DNA of 24,000 nucleotides, from positions 280,996-304,995 of the forward strand of contig NZ_NOWF01000002.1 of the NCBI RefSeq assembly GCF_002245355.1, given 5' to 3'. The notes beneath the pieces are model-generated. The model was given only the letters and a program-made list of their open reading frames with translations. It was not told where the DNA came from and ran no database searches. Origin of the DNA: Paludifilum halophilum. GTDB taxonomy: Bacteria; Bacillota; Bacilli; Thermoactinomycetales; DSM-45169. Below, piece by piece: positions 16,118 to 23,663 of this stretch. A program made the position numbers and the translations under genes. The stretch's first letter is position 1, and each line of letters opens with the position of its first letter.

Positions 16118-16570
16118 TCAGGCTTCTCCTGAGTTTCGGGATTCCAATTGATGAATTCGCGCGTTTCGGTTTTTATTACTTAATAAATGGACCAGAAGCT
16201 GATATTCCTCCATCAGCAGTTGTTCAAAAAATTTCATTTCCTCCCGCAGTTTTCGATTCTCTTTAAGGAGACGATCCAACTGATCATGGTTGGTGCGGGT
16301 AATCTGCTCCAGTTCATCCATCCGGTTTCTGATCGATTGCGGCTCCTTCTCCATCTCCGCCCCTTTTTTATGTCGAGGGGATCCAGACGATTCCACATCC
16401 CGCACCCGCTTCACTATTTTCTTCCACCTCGCATAGCAGGCGTTTTCACTGCGGTTCAACTTTTCCGCCACCATTTCAAAGGTCTGCTTTCGCGTCATCC
16501 CGATTTTTCTGCAATTCGTCACCCATTGCAACAGAGACCGGTCTTCGTCGGCACTCCAGGAACGGGGCAA
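16118..16570 (-). CDS. RsfA-like Myb/SANT-domain regulator, diverged paralog (150 aa)
   Basis: N-terminus (RSWSADEDRSLLQWV ... NACYARWKKIVKR) follows the RsfA W-x(n)-W Myb-like pattern. C-terminal coiled coil (LDRLLKENRKLREEMKFFEQLL). Confidence 0.65.
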   Translation of the reverse strand: MPRSWSADEDRSLLQWVTNCRKIGMTRKQTFEMVAEKLNRSENACYARWKKIVKRVRDVESSGSPRHKKGAEMEKEPQSIRNRMDELEQITRTNHDQLDRLLKENRKLREEMKFFEQLLMEEYQLLVHLLSNKNRNARIHQLESRNSGEA

Positions 16571-16617
16571 ACGAGTGCACCTCTTTTCTGTTTACATTCC
16601 CATCCGTATTCCATACA

Positions 16618-17217
16618 TTATGACCCCGTTTCCCAATCCGTATCCACGCTTGACCCGCGCACCTCTTCCTCGGGCGGATGATTCACCTCGATCTCCACTT
16701 CGGTTGGTCCGTTGGCTTCTGGTTCTTCTTGACGGATAAGTGCCCCGGCGGACTGCAATAATTTCAACAAATGGGCGTACCGGTCTTTAATATCATTCTG
16801 AAAGCTATGATAAGCCTCCCACTCCTCCTTGAGTCTCCGATTCTCCTCGGCTACCCCTCGCAACTGACGCTCTTTCTTTTTCAACTGCCTTTCCAACCGT
16901 TGAATCGCTTCCCGGTCCGCCCGGTATTCACGATCGAAGGCCCGGAGTTGCCGAATCAGATTTTTTAAGGAAAAAGCAGTAGCTTTCTTTTTTTTAAGAT
17001 GGCTGGCCACCCGTTGCTTCTTCGCCTGATTGAAAGCCTCAGCCTGCTTTTTTCTTACGACGGCATTCCAGCGAAATCCGCAGGCACCGGGCGTTCGCCC
17101 GATTTTTCGGGCCACTCGTTCAAAAGCGTCCAGCTGATTTCCGCCTTCGCGAATCGATTGTAAAACCTGTTCTGCCAAAAAACGGTCCTCTTCTTCCGTC
17201 CAACTGCGCCCTTTCAT
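16618..17217 (-). CDS. rsfA: RsfA-family (prespore-specific) transcriptional regulator
   Basis: N-terminus (RSWTEEEDRFLAEQVLQSIREGGNQLDAFERVARKIGRTPGACGFRWNAVVRK) closely parallels B. subtilis RsfA as I recall it. Coiled-coil C-terminal half. RBS GGAGAAGGAGGG. Confidence 0.8.
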   Translation of the reverse strand: MKGRSWTEEEDRFLAEQVLQSIREGGNQLDAFERVARKIGRTPGACGFRWNAVVRKKQAEAFNQAKKQRVASHLKKKKATAFSLKNLIRQLRAFDREYRADREAIQRLERQLKKKERQLRGVAEENRRLKEEWEAYHSFQNDIKDRYAHLLKLLQSAGALIRQEEPEANGPTEVEIEVNHPPEEEVRGSSVDTDWETGS

Positions 17218-17440
17218 TTTAAACCCTCCTTCTCCATCGATTCTATGGGTATATTATGCGGTGCCCAAAAATCAGTGTTTCCTTCGTTTGCTTCCGTTCA
17301 ATGAAAGGTATTTTCTCAAAAGATGTAGAATTTTTCACGATAAACACAACCTGTTTTACCGGCGGGAAAAACGTGTTGTAATATGGAATAAGAACAAGAG
17401 GCGTTTAAAACGTATCCTCGCTGTGACAGGAGGTTGATTG

Positions 17441-18463
17441 ATGAAAGACGGAATGAAGCAGAGAGATTATTATTTTGATAATGTCAAATTTATTCTTATT
17501 CTTTTAGTGGTAGTCAGTCATGCTATCCGACCCATGCTCAATGAAAGCGACTTACTGAAAACGCTTTATTTAACGATGTTTTCATTTCATATGCCCTTGT
17601 TCATCTTGATTGCGGGGTACTTTGCAAAGAACTTCCGCAAACCGGAGCAAAACAAAAAAATCCTTGTCACGATTTTTATTCCCTACGTCATCTTTCAAAC
17701 GCTCTACCTGGTCTTCGACTACGTACTCTACCGACCGTCCGAATGGAACGGGTCCATCTTTGACCCCTACTGGATTATGTGGTTTTTACTCAGCCTCTTT
17801 TTGTGGCGACTGATATTACCGTATTTTATTCAGTTGAAACACCCGCTCATCCTTTCTGTCATTTTAGCGATCCTGATCGGGTATGTCAGTGATGCCGACG
17901 ATTTCCTCAGCTTATCCAGGACTGTTGCTTTTTTCCCCTTCTTTCTGGCCGGATTTTATTTGAAACGACATCATTTCGAGAAGCTGTTTTCCCCATGGAA
18001 GCGGGTGACGGCCGTCTTGGGATTGATCGGGATCACCGCTTTTCTCTATTATCTGGAATTTCATTCTCCTCTCGGTCTGAGTATCCGTAAATGGTTGTAC
18101 TTCGTATTTCCTTACGAAGAAGTGGGGCACGGGGAATGGTATGCGGGAGTCCATCGCCTTTTCTTTTACGGTTTGGCGGTTCTCTCATCCATCTTCGTTT
18201 TGACACTCATTCCCCAACGAAAGAGCATCATCAGCCGATGGGGAGCCCGTTCTCTTTATGTTTATGTGTGGCACGGATTTTTCATCGAAATCTACAAGGC
18301 CTTGGATCTGAAGGATATACTGCCTTCCCCTTACCAGCACGTGGTGATTATGGCAGGGGCCGTCCTGCTGACTTGTTTCCTAGCCTCCAATTTCGTACAA
18401 AAAATCACCCGGCCCCTTGTCCAGCCCAGGCTGGAATGGCTGTTTCAAAAAAACAACCGCTAG
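17441..18463 (+). CDS. Membrane acyltransferase family 3 protein (O-acyltransferase, no SGNH domain)
   Basis: ~10 TM. N-terminal RDYYFDNVKFILILLVVVSHAIRP is typical of Acyl_transf_3. ATG 17441 lies 7 nt after AGGAGG (the track starts one codon earlier, at TTG). Confidence 0.8.
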   Translation: MKDGMKQRDYYFDNVKFILILLVVVSHAIRPMLNESDLLKTLYLTMFSFHMPLFILIAGYFAKNFRKPEQNKKILVTIFIPYVIFQTLYLVFDYVLYRPSEWNGSIFDPYWIMWFLLSLFLWRLILPYFIQLKHPLILSVILAILIGYVSDADDFLSLSRTVAFFPFFLAGFYLKRHHFEKLFSPWKRVTAVLGLIGITAFLYYLEFHSPLGLSIRKWLYFVFPYEEVGHGEWYAGVHRLFFYGLAVLSSIFVLTLIPQRKSIISRWGARSLYVYVWHGFFIEIYKALDLKDILPSPYQHVVIMAGAVLLTCFLASNFVQKITRPLVQPRLEWLFQKNNR

Positions 18464-18823
18464 GGCGTGTCTGGTAAATCGTCGAAAGGAGCTGGGCACC
18501 GATTTCCAGCGTAGCGACGTTTGCATCCAAAGGGCACAAGTCTCGCCTCGGTCGCTCCGCTCCCGGGTCTCGCTATGCCCGACAACCTAGCGGAGTTTTC
18601 GAAGGACCGAACCAGCGGCCACTTTGCTCTTCCTTTGGCCGCTGATTCGGTCCGGAGAAAATGGAGCCGACCGTTTTGCATCCGCGGGAGGGGAACCTGG
18701 CGCGGAGTCGGAAAGCGGCCCCCGCACCCAGTTGTCGTTAATGATCAGATACACCCCAGCGAGGTGCCCGAAGATCCGGCAATCATTCACCGGGCAGACC
18801 GGAAAGCGGAGAAAGTTTGAGTA
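18464..18823. other. Unassigned GC-rich, hairpin-rich non-coding block (candidate structured RNA or long structured 3' UTR)
   Basis: No convincing ORF in six frames. 17-bp helix GGACCGAACCAGCGGCC / GGCCGCTGATTCGGTCC (18604..18620 / 18637..18653, one mismatch). Further helices (CTGGTAAATCG/CGATTTCCAG; GGGCACC 18494..18500 vs GGTGCCC 18763..18769). Direct repeat GAC(C)GTTT(T)GCATCC at 18516 and 18669. Confidence 0.3.
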
Positions 18824-18854
18824 GAAAAAACGGCGGGGAAATGTCCCTGCCGTT
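18824..18854 (-). terminator. Intrinsic terminator (minus strand; weak in the plus direction)
   Basis: Minus strand reads ACGGCAGGGA-(4 nt)-TCCCCGCCGT (one G-U pair) followed by TTTTTT. Confidence 0.65.
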
Positions 18855-19034
18855 TCTATAAAAAATGAAAAACCATCAGCTTCCGGTTTTAAAGTTTAGG
18901 AATTGGGATGATCAGGAATCGGGGATTTAAAGACAAGAAAAAGACCAGGATAGGACCTGGCCACATGAAAGAGGGTCAAGATTAAGGAGTTAAGAAGCGT
19001 GGTAGCATAAGCAAGGAGGTCAACCTCGCTTACA
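18824..19034 (-). ncRNA. Candidate ~210-nt promoter-to-terminator transcript of unknown function (alternatively the 3' UTR of the TPR gene)
   Basis: Bounded by the promoter at 19041..19069 and the terminator at 18824..18854. AT-rich. 5' hairpin TAAGCGAGG-(7 nt)-CCTTGCTTA and internal hairpin CCAGG-(6 nt)-CCTGG. No ORF with a usable RBS lies downstream of the predicted start site. Confidence 0.3.
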
Positions 19035-19040
19035 AATCTC

Positions 19041-19069
19041 ATCATACCATAATGTTCGAAATTTGTCGA
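19041..19069 (-). promoter_or_regulatory. Strong sigma-A-type promoter with extended -10, no obvious protein gene downstream
   Basis: Minus strand reads TCGACA (19069..19064), 17-nt spacer, TGG-TATGAT (19049..19041). The -35 is bracketed by a perfect 9-bp inverted repeat, ATGTTCGAA / TTCGAACAT (19052..19060 and 19088..19096). Confidence 0.5.
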
Positions 19070-19115
19070 TATGTGCTTATTATTTTTTTCGAACATTTGC
19101 GATAGTCCTTTGTGC

Positions 19116-19823
19116 TTAGGACCACACTTTCCTGAAATAGCGTTTTAAGCCTCGCTCGCCCTTCCTCTGCGCTTTTAACGCCCTCCGGAACTGAGTGCGG
19201 ACTTGACGGTCCCCGGAATCGGACACCAGCTTTCGGCGCAGCCGTCTCGCTTCTTCACCCAATTCGCCGAGCTTCATCAGAACTTTCGCATATACTTCAT
19301 AGTAGTCCTTATTGTCCGAAGGAAAACGCGCCGCGATTTTTAAATGAAGCAGTGCCTGCTGTTTGCGATCGGTTTGCGCGTACACTTCCGCCAACAATGC
19401 ATGGGCAAAGGCGTCCCGGGGATTTTTCTCCAGCCCGCTGAGAAGGTGAGTTTCCGCTTCACCGAAAGCCTCCCGGCTGAGAAGCAAAAAACGTCCATAT
19501 TCCCGGTAAGCCTGGCTGAAGTCCGGATGATAGTCCAATACTTTCTCATAGACGGCCCGGGACTCGTCTCCACGGTCCAAACGTTCCAGGATCCGGGCGT
19601 TCAACAGCATCCCCTGAGCGTGGAAAGGCTCGTCCCCCAATAATTCCTCCACTGCGGCCAACGCTTCCGAATACTTTCGTTTCGCGTATTTCAGATGAGC
19701 GCGCTCGTATACCTGCGAGCGATCCGGATTCGCATCGGCGTACTCCCGGGATTCTCCCGTATCCACCGTTCCGTCGATGGGACGGATGGGTTCCGCCTCT
19801 GTCGCCGCACCCGGTCCAGTCAT
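19116..19823 (-). CDS. Tetratricopeptide-repeat (TPR) protein with basic C-terminal tail
   Basis: 235 aa. Repeated A/Y/L helical-pair pattern (YSEALAAVEELL, AVYEKVLDYHPDFSQAYREYGRFLL, FAHALLAEVYAQTDRKQQALLHLKIA). RBS GAAGGGGGAA. Confidence 0.8.
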   Translation of the reverse strand: MTGPGAATEAEPIRPIDGTVDTGESREYADANPDRSQVYERAHLKYAKRKYSEALAAVEELLGDEPFHAQGMLLNARILERLDRGDESRAVYEKVLDYHPDFSQAYREYGRFLLLSREAFGEAETHLLSGLEKNPRDAFAHALLAEVYAQTDRKQQALLHLKIAARFPSDNKDYYEVYAKVLMKLGELGEEARRLRRKLVSDSGDRQVRTQFRRALKAQRKGERGLKRYFRKVWS

Positions 19824-19997
19824 CTAGATTCCCCCTTCTCCCTTTGACTCAAAAGGATTCCCGTCTCTCAACGCTTCAGGGTCTTTCAATCAACGATTCG
19901 ATTTTATCGCATTCGACAATTTTTGTCACGTTTTTTCGACAAAATCGGCATTTCACCACAAAAATAGGCCGATTCCGCCTCTTTTGTTTCTATTTCA

Positions 19998-20510
19998 TTA
20001 GAACGTCAGGTGCTGTTTCTTCATTTGCACCCGGTTCATGGTATCTGTCTCGTAGTAATCCAATTCATCCCTCAGTATTTCAAAGATCTTGGAAAGAGTA
20101 AATGTAACTTTTTTCATCGACTCCGGAGGCCTCCGACGGAACCGGATCGGATCATGGTTGGTATAGGAGTAACGGCTGTCCTCTTCGTACACTTCGTTTC
20201 GAGGGTAGTAAAAATTGTGGATACAAGTGTGAACCACTTCATTCAAAACACGTTCCGCAAAATCCTCGCTGAATGTTGCCCGCCTCAAAACCAAGCTGAC
20301 CTTTTCATAACCCAGTTCGCAGGATACCAATAGATAGCGCAGATCGGACAGGAATTCTTTTAAATAATCTTCCGCATCTTTCCCCTCCGGACTCTCCTCC
20401 ACCAACTTCCGGATGTCCGTATGGTTCAGAAAATGCTCTACCAGACCATGAACCTCCGACAGCTTATCCCGGGTCAATTGACACAGCTCTTTTGTTTGCT
20501 CCGCAGGCAT
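19998..20510 (-). CDS. Hypothetical cytoplasmic protein (170 aa)
   Basis: Preferred start is ATG 20510 (MPAEQTKEL), because the predicted promoter lies inside the longer track ORF (to 20594). No domain assigned with confidence. Confidence 0.6.
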   Translation of the reverse strand: MPAEQTKELCQLTRDKLSEVHGLVEHFLNHTDIRKLVEESPEGKDAEDYLKEFLSDLRYLLVSCELGYEKVSLVLRRATFSEDFAERVLNEVVHTCIHNFYYPRNEVYEEDSRYSYTNHDPIRFRRRPPESMKKVTFTLSKIFEILRDELDYYETDTMNRVQMKKQHLTF

Positions 20511-20555
20511 GCCGATCAGGTACCCCCTTGAAAGTTTACAACCTGAACACGTAAC

Positions 20556-20584
20556 AGTATAGCACGTTTTCCCCATTCTCGACG
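20556..20584 (-). promoter_or_regulatory. Extended -10 promoter for the 19998..20510 gene
   Basis: Minus strand reads TGC-TATACT (20564..20556). The -35 region is weak (CGTCGA at 17-nt spacing). Confidence 0.4.
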
Positions 20585-20686
20585 AACCGGCCAAACGCGT
20601 ACATGTCAGAGAAGTTCGCCCCAGAGGACTCTATCCTCCCCCTAGCTGAACCAGTCTTGCGTATGATGCTGTTTCTCCAAAATGCC

Positions 20687-20719
20687 AAAAAACCCGGCTA
20701 CCATCAACCGGCAGCCGGG
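20687..20719 (-). terminator. Intrinsic terminator after the 542-aa repeat-protein gene
   Basis: Minus strand reads CCCGGCT-(13 nt)-AGCCGGG followed by TTTTTT, ~25 nt after the stop at 20745. Confidence 0.65.
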
Positions 20720-20744
20720 ACATAAAGGCGTGCTTTTTCAATTT

Positions 20745-22373
20745 TCATGAGCGAGCGGCCTCGGGAACTTCCAGCCTTACTCGACGACTGTAGTGGTTAT
20801 TCCCACGGCTTCCGCCGCAGGATTTACGGCGTCGATCCGTAAAAGGGGAAGTGACCACCCTGCCGATCCGTGCAAAACCACCGGATATGCCCCCTGAAAA
20901 AGGATTTCGTCCCCCTGATGACGGTACTTGCGGGATGCCATGAAAGATCCAGGACTGAACCGTTTTTCCGGCTCCAAGTTGAAAACCGTTGACAAATAAC
21001 CGGCTGAAAGAGGCCCCATCGCTCTGTTTCCAGATATCCAGCCGGCACAGGTATTGATCCAGAAGAAAGATATACCTGATCCTGCCGCTGTGAATAACCT
21101 TATCCACAGGATCCACGACCCGGCCGTCCACCCGGATCCGCCTCTTACCCGAAAACCAAAGCCGCTGTTCCAACCGTACCGTATGCAGGGTGCCTCCCAG
21201 TTCAAACATCCACTCTGTTTCTTTTCCATCCAATTTCAGAGGCAATAAATGTTCACCGGTATCTACACAGATTCCATCCAGAAACAACCGGAAACGATAC
21301 TCATCATCGTCCCTCTCTGAAAAAAACACCGCACCATTGCGGTTCCCGACTTTAAAGAAGTGACAACGGTTGCCGGATCTCCTCCACACGGGATGGTGAG
21401 CCAACTTCACCCCGTCCACCGTGATCATCTCTGAATAACCGGTCCGTTCGGCTGTCACCCGGTGGGAACCATCCCCTAAGTCGACCAGCCACGTTTTTCT
21501 CCGATCGGAAATATCATCACCGGCAGGGAACAACACGGTTTCCCCGGTCAAGGCGGATACCCCGTCGACCACCAGATCATATCGGTATTGTATCATGGCC
21601 TTCTTCTCGATATCTACCGCACAACAATGATCCCCAATCGAAAAAGTGTAACGAGTACTCCGTTTGTCCAAGCGAAGGCCGATACGGAGGAAAATATTTC
21701 CGTCCACTCTGACCTGAGTCTGATTCCACAAGCTTTGATGTTTCAATTCGATGGTATGAACTCCATTTTCCAGAGACAAAAACCATATCTTTTGACGGCA
21801 CTCGATCGGTGTGGGTTCAAAAAAGACAGGGAGGCCGGTTTCCCAAGAAAATCCGTCCACTGATAAATCGTAGGTAAAAGTCTCCTTCTCTTCCCGGTGC
21901 AGGTGTATTCCGATGCGATGCTTTTTCCACAAAACCAGATGATTGCTGTTTCTCTCGTCATAGACATAGCTTTCCTCCACAAGACGCCCGTTCCACCGAA
22001 TGCAGCGCTTACCGTACGGTTCATGCTGAAATGTCAATATATGAATTCCGCCGTCCAGACAAAACTCCCAACTCTTTGTCATTCCCGCCGACGGGGAAGA
22101 GCGGTGGAAAGGAAGGTCTTTGCCGTCCACCACAGAGACACCGTTCAGGGAAAAATCATAGCAATAGCCGCTAACACTGCTTTCATAAAAAATATGAAGT
22201 CCGCAGCGGTGTCCTTTAATAAAAAAGATATGGTGGGAATTACGGTCGTCGTTGAGAACCCACTCCTCCACCAACCGACGGTCTACCCATATGGTTCCCC
22301 CATTCGGCTCATGTTCCATCTCCACGACATGATGCATTCCTTCAATCTGAACTGCCCAGCTTCTTCTTTCCAT
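20745..22373 (-). CDS. Repeat protein: five tandem FAIM1-like (Fas apoptotic inhibitory molecule-like) modules plus Gly/Arg-rich tail
   Basis: 542 aa. RBS GGGAG 7 nt before ATG 22373. Modules start at W6, W102, W197, W295 and W388. Each has W-x3-L-x2-G-x-H-x-hydrophobic-x ... (V/W)(D/N)G ... (Y/F)-x-L-x-(V/L)-(D/N)-G. Tail residues 476-542 are rich in G/R/S. Confidence 0.75.
   Translation of the reverse strand: MERRSWAVQIEGMHHVVEMEHEPNGGTIWVDRRLVEEWVLNDDRNSHHIFFIKGHRCGLHIFYESSVSGYCYDFSLNGVSVVDGKDLPFHRSSPSAGMTKSWEFCLDGGIHILTFQHEPYGKRCIRWNGRLVEESYVYDERNSNHLVLWKKHRIGIHLHREEKETFTYDLSVDGFSWETGLPVFFEPTPIECRQKIWFLSLENGVHTIELKHQSLWNQTQVRVDGNIFLRIGLRLDKRSTRYTFSIGDHCCAVDIEKKAMIQYRYDLVVDGVSALTGETVLFPAGDDISDRRKTWLVDLGDGSHRVTAERTGYSEMITVDGVKLAHHPVWRRSGNRCHFFKVGNRNGAVFFSERDDDEYRFRLFLDGICVDTGEHLLPLKLDGKETEWMFELGGTLHTVRLEQRLWFSGKRRIRVDGRVVDPVDKVIHSGRIRYIFLLDQYLCRLDIWKQSDGASFSRLFVNGFQLGAGKTVQSWIFHGIPQVPSSGGRNPFSGGISGGFARIGRVVTSPFTDRRRKSCGGSRGNNHYSRRVRLEVPEAARS
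20949..22361 (-). repeat. Five tandem protein-level repeats (~93-98 codons each) within the 542-aa CDS
   Basis: Approximate module boundaries: 22361..22110, 22076..21822, 21791..21528, 21497..21237, 21218..20949. The DNA copies are strongly diverged, so this is not a recent duplication. Confidence 0.7.
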
Positions 22374-22527
22374 GGATCCGCTCCCAAAAAAGGCTGTATA
22401 TTATTATTCGTAAACTCATATTTTTTTGTGTCCTTTTCAATAGTTTTAAATCAACTTGCGGTTTAAGACCCTGTGCCCATGGATGGAATTCGTGGACTCC
22501 AACGGGACCACGGGTATTTTTTTGCAT

Positions 22528-22565
22528 CAAAAATAAAAACCCTTCACCCCATTTGGGTGAAGGGT
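22528..22565 (-). terminator. Intrinsic terminator after the 22596 small gene
   Basis: Perfect 11-bp stem ACCCTTCACCC / GGGTGAAGGGT, followed on the minus strand by TTTTTATTTTT. Confidence 0.7.
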
Positions 22566-22595
22566 CGTGCCCAAACCGGCAACCCATATGACAGC

Positions 22596-22787
22596 TCACT
22601 GATAAGGAGCCCGATTATGGTGTTGAATCGTCTGCTCGATAATCTCACTGAGGTCTTCCCGGTTCAACTTCCCCAGATCGGTAACGATCACTTCGGATTC
22701 AAGCTCTTCTTCCCGGAGTAGCTCATATAATTCAGGTGAAAAAGTCAAAATCAGTGTGGAGAGCTTCATGGTTTCCACAGCGATCAC
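22596..22787 (-). CDS. Hypothetical small acidic protein (57-63 aa)
   Basis: ORF with GAGGTGAT upstream. Possible starts are GTG 22787, GTG 22778 and ATG 22769. A strong terminator follows. No family recognised. Confidence 0.45.
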   Translation of the reverse strand: MIAVETMKLSTLILTFSPELYELLREEELESEVIVTDLGKLNREDLSEIIEQTIQHHNRAPYQ

Positions 22788-22928
22788 CTCTGCTTCGAGA
22801 GAATGTGACCCCTCGATTATATTATGTTTCTACACGACCCCGGATTGTCAATGCTCAACCATCTATTTTTGCAGGGAGGAGAGGAGCCTTATTTTGGCGG
22901 CCCCTCTGTCATTTTAACATCCCCATGC

Positions 22929-23402
22929 TTACTTACGGCCTTCCTTACCGAGCAAAACAGCGTGATCCACCTTGATGCACCGGTCCATCACCACTGTCAA
23001 TCCCGCTTGGGAGGCAATTGAAGCCGCTTCCTCGTTGATAACTCCCTGCTGAAACCAAATCGCTTTAGCTCCCGCCCGAACGGCGTCCTCCGCCACCGGG
23101 ACACAATGTTCACTCCGCCGAAAAACATCCACGATATCGATCGGTTCTCCAATCTCCTCCACAGATGCGTAGGGTGTTTCCCCCAGAACAGGCCCCTTCA
23201 GAGTCGGGTTGACGGGAAAAATTCGATATCCCGCTTCTTGAAGGGCTTTTCCGATCATGTGGCTGGTTCGGAAAGGCTTGTCGGACAGACCGACAACGGC
23301 GATATGGTTCGCTTCCTTCAACAATTGTTTGATCTGTTCACGATCCGGGTTCCGATGCAAAACGATCACTCCTTCCATCATTCGCTTCTCTTCCAGAGAC
23401 AC
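22929..23402 (-). CDS. CoA-binding domain protein (YneT/YccU family)
   Basis: IAVVGLSDKPFRTSHMIGKALQEAGYRIFPVNP ... IDIVDVFRRSE ... AKAIWFQQGV is the CoA_binding_2 Rossmann-like pattern. 157 aa. Confidence 0.85.
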   Translation of the reverse strand: MSLEEKRMMEGVIVLHRNPDREQIKQLLKEANHIAVVGLSDKPFRTSHMIGKALQEAGYRIFPVNPTLKGPVLGETPYASVEEIGEPIDIVDVFRRSEHCVPVAEDAVRAGAKAIWFQQGVINEEAASIASQAGLTVVMDRCIKVDHAVLLGKEGRK

Positions 23403-23611
23403 CGCTGAATCATCGGCACAAAGGATACGGCTCCGGAAAATCCGTCCTCTTTCACATCGAACCGGATTTCCATCCGTTTACTATTTCCAAAAAACGAGAT
23501 CTGTTGAATAATGAAAGAAGATAAAGATGATGTTCTATACCTTTTTATAGATTCTGATGATACTGTCCGCCGTTCCGTTCCTTCTCCTCTCTTGGTCGAA
23601 CATTCTACGGT

Positions 23612-23638
23612 CTGCCGATGGAACGGCGGTTTTTTTTT
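23612..23638 (+). terminator. Terminator-like hairpin plus T9 on the plus strand, with no plus-strand gene upstream
   Basis: CTGCCG-(6 nt)-CGGCGG (one G-U pair) followed by nine T. The stem is short. Confidence 0.3.
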
Positions 23639-23663
23639 GGAAAGACCTGCGATCGGAGTGTTC

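Noticed and set aside
18464-18823. Partial resemblances to the cobalamin (GGGAAC..GGCG..CCCCCGC), SAM-I (GAGGTGCCCGAAGATCCGGCAATC) and TPP (CCAGCGTAGCGA) riboswitch cores and to the RNase P 5' region
   Set aside because: The motifs are incomplete, in the wrong order, or lack partner elements (no GCCACTG/B12 box in position, no CTGAGA, no GGAAAGTCC). No downstream gene exists on either strand to be regulated. The block is kept only as an unassigned structured region.
18896-19096. 66-aa minus-strand ORF after the TPR gene
   Set aside because: The RBS is weak (AAGGA at 9 nt), and the best promoter in the region lies inside the ORF. I recognise no family. It is retained only as an alternative to the sRNA interpretation.
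20777-22024. Several 74-150-aa ORFs overlapping the 542-aa repeat-protein gene on both strands
   Set aside because: All are nested in or antisense to the long ORF. Only the long ORF shows the periodic repeat structure and has an RBS and a terminator.
22788-22928. Perfect TTGACA on the minus strand upstream of the small acidic gene, considered as a promoter
   Set aside because: The nearest -10-like hexamers (CATAAT/TAATAT/TATAAT) lie 19-24 nt away, outside the functional spacing, so no promoter is called.
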